Positions 63,571 to 64,000 of a DNA stretch of 64,000 nucleotides are shown piece by piece. This DNA comes from Lingula anatina. Lineage: Eukaryota; Animalia; Brachiopoda. Position 1 is the stretch's first letter; every line of letters starts with the position of its first letter. The translations under genes were made by a program, and so were the position numbers. Under the pieces are notes generated by a model, which was given only the letters and a program-made list of their open reading frames with translations, was not told the DNA's origin and did no database searches. The stretch lies in NCBI GenBank assembly GCA_051362555.1, contig CM120645.1, positions 9,300,001-9,364,000 on the forward strand, written 5' to 3'.

Positions 63571-64000
63571 ATTTAGGTAATCGTGTTTATTTTACCTAAA
63601 TCCACATTTTTTGCTGAGAAGTTAGTAAATTCTGATGGCGTGTTTTAAGTAAGTCAAAGATACAATTGCAAGTATCTTCAAATTCATGAATAGCCATATT
63701 AACATCTTTATTACCTAACACTGTAAGCTTTTTTCAAGAAGAAGCATGGTGTCATGACGTTTCATTGCCAAACGTTATCTCATTCATTGCCACCTTGCTT
63801 ACACGGTCAAGGATTCTAAGAAACCAGACAGCGACAAATAGTTGAAAAGTTAGATAGATACATGTGTTTGATACCATCAGTGTTTTGCTGTTTATGACAG
63901 AAAAGAGGCGATAACGTTTGGTTAGTTTCAAGCTCGCGGTTAAGAGTAGGATATGTAAATCAAATATCGAATCCCATATATTATATAGTCCCTCCATGGA

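Overview
AT-rich, gene-poor, intron-containing animal genomic DNA, probably from a marine invertebrate; a lophotrochozoan is plausible but this is inferred only from the GPCR type and repeat landscape. Two protein-coding loci are supportable. (1) The last coding exons of an HROB/C17orf53 (homologous-recombination OB-fold, MCM8/9 activator) gene lie on the + strand at 618-1734 and 4161-4207; there is a long low-complexity linker and a duplicated alternative terminal exon at 4079-4104. (2) A class A peptide GPCR with an uninterrupted CDS lies on the - strand at 27157-28491 and resembles CNMamide receptors. The rest is non-coding: a 5'-truncated RTE LINE with its target-site duplication (TSD), many MITEs (PIF/Harbinger-like, ISL2EU-like, hAT-like with 5-6 bp TSDs, CCC-ended, CCGGTGT-ended), a Helentron-like remnant, short duplications and microsatellites. 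The most notable structures are a three-layer nested transposon in the last HROB intron, the duplicated HROB terminal exon, and a duplicated splice-site-bounded segment at about 60.3 kb and 63.4 kb that may be a distant 5'UTR exon of the GPCR. I found no CRISPR array, rRNA or tRNA, and no convincing new multi-gene system. All family assignments are by eye or from memory, without database searches.
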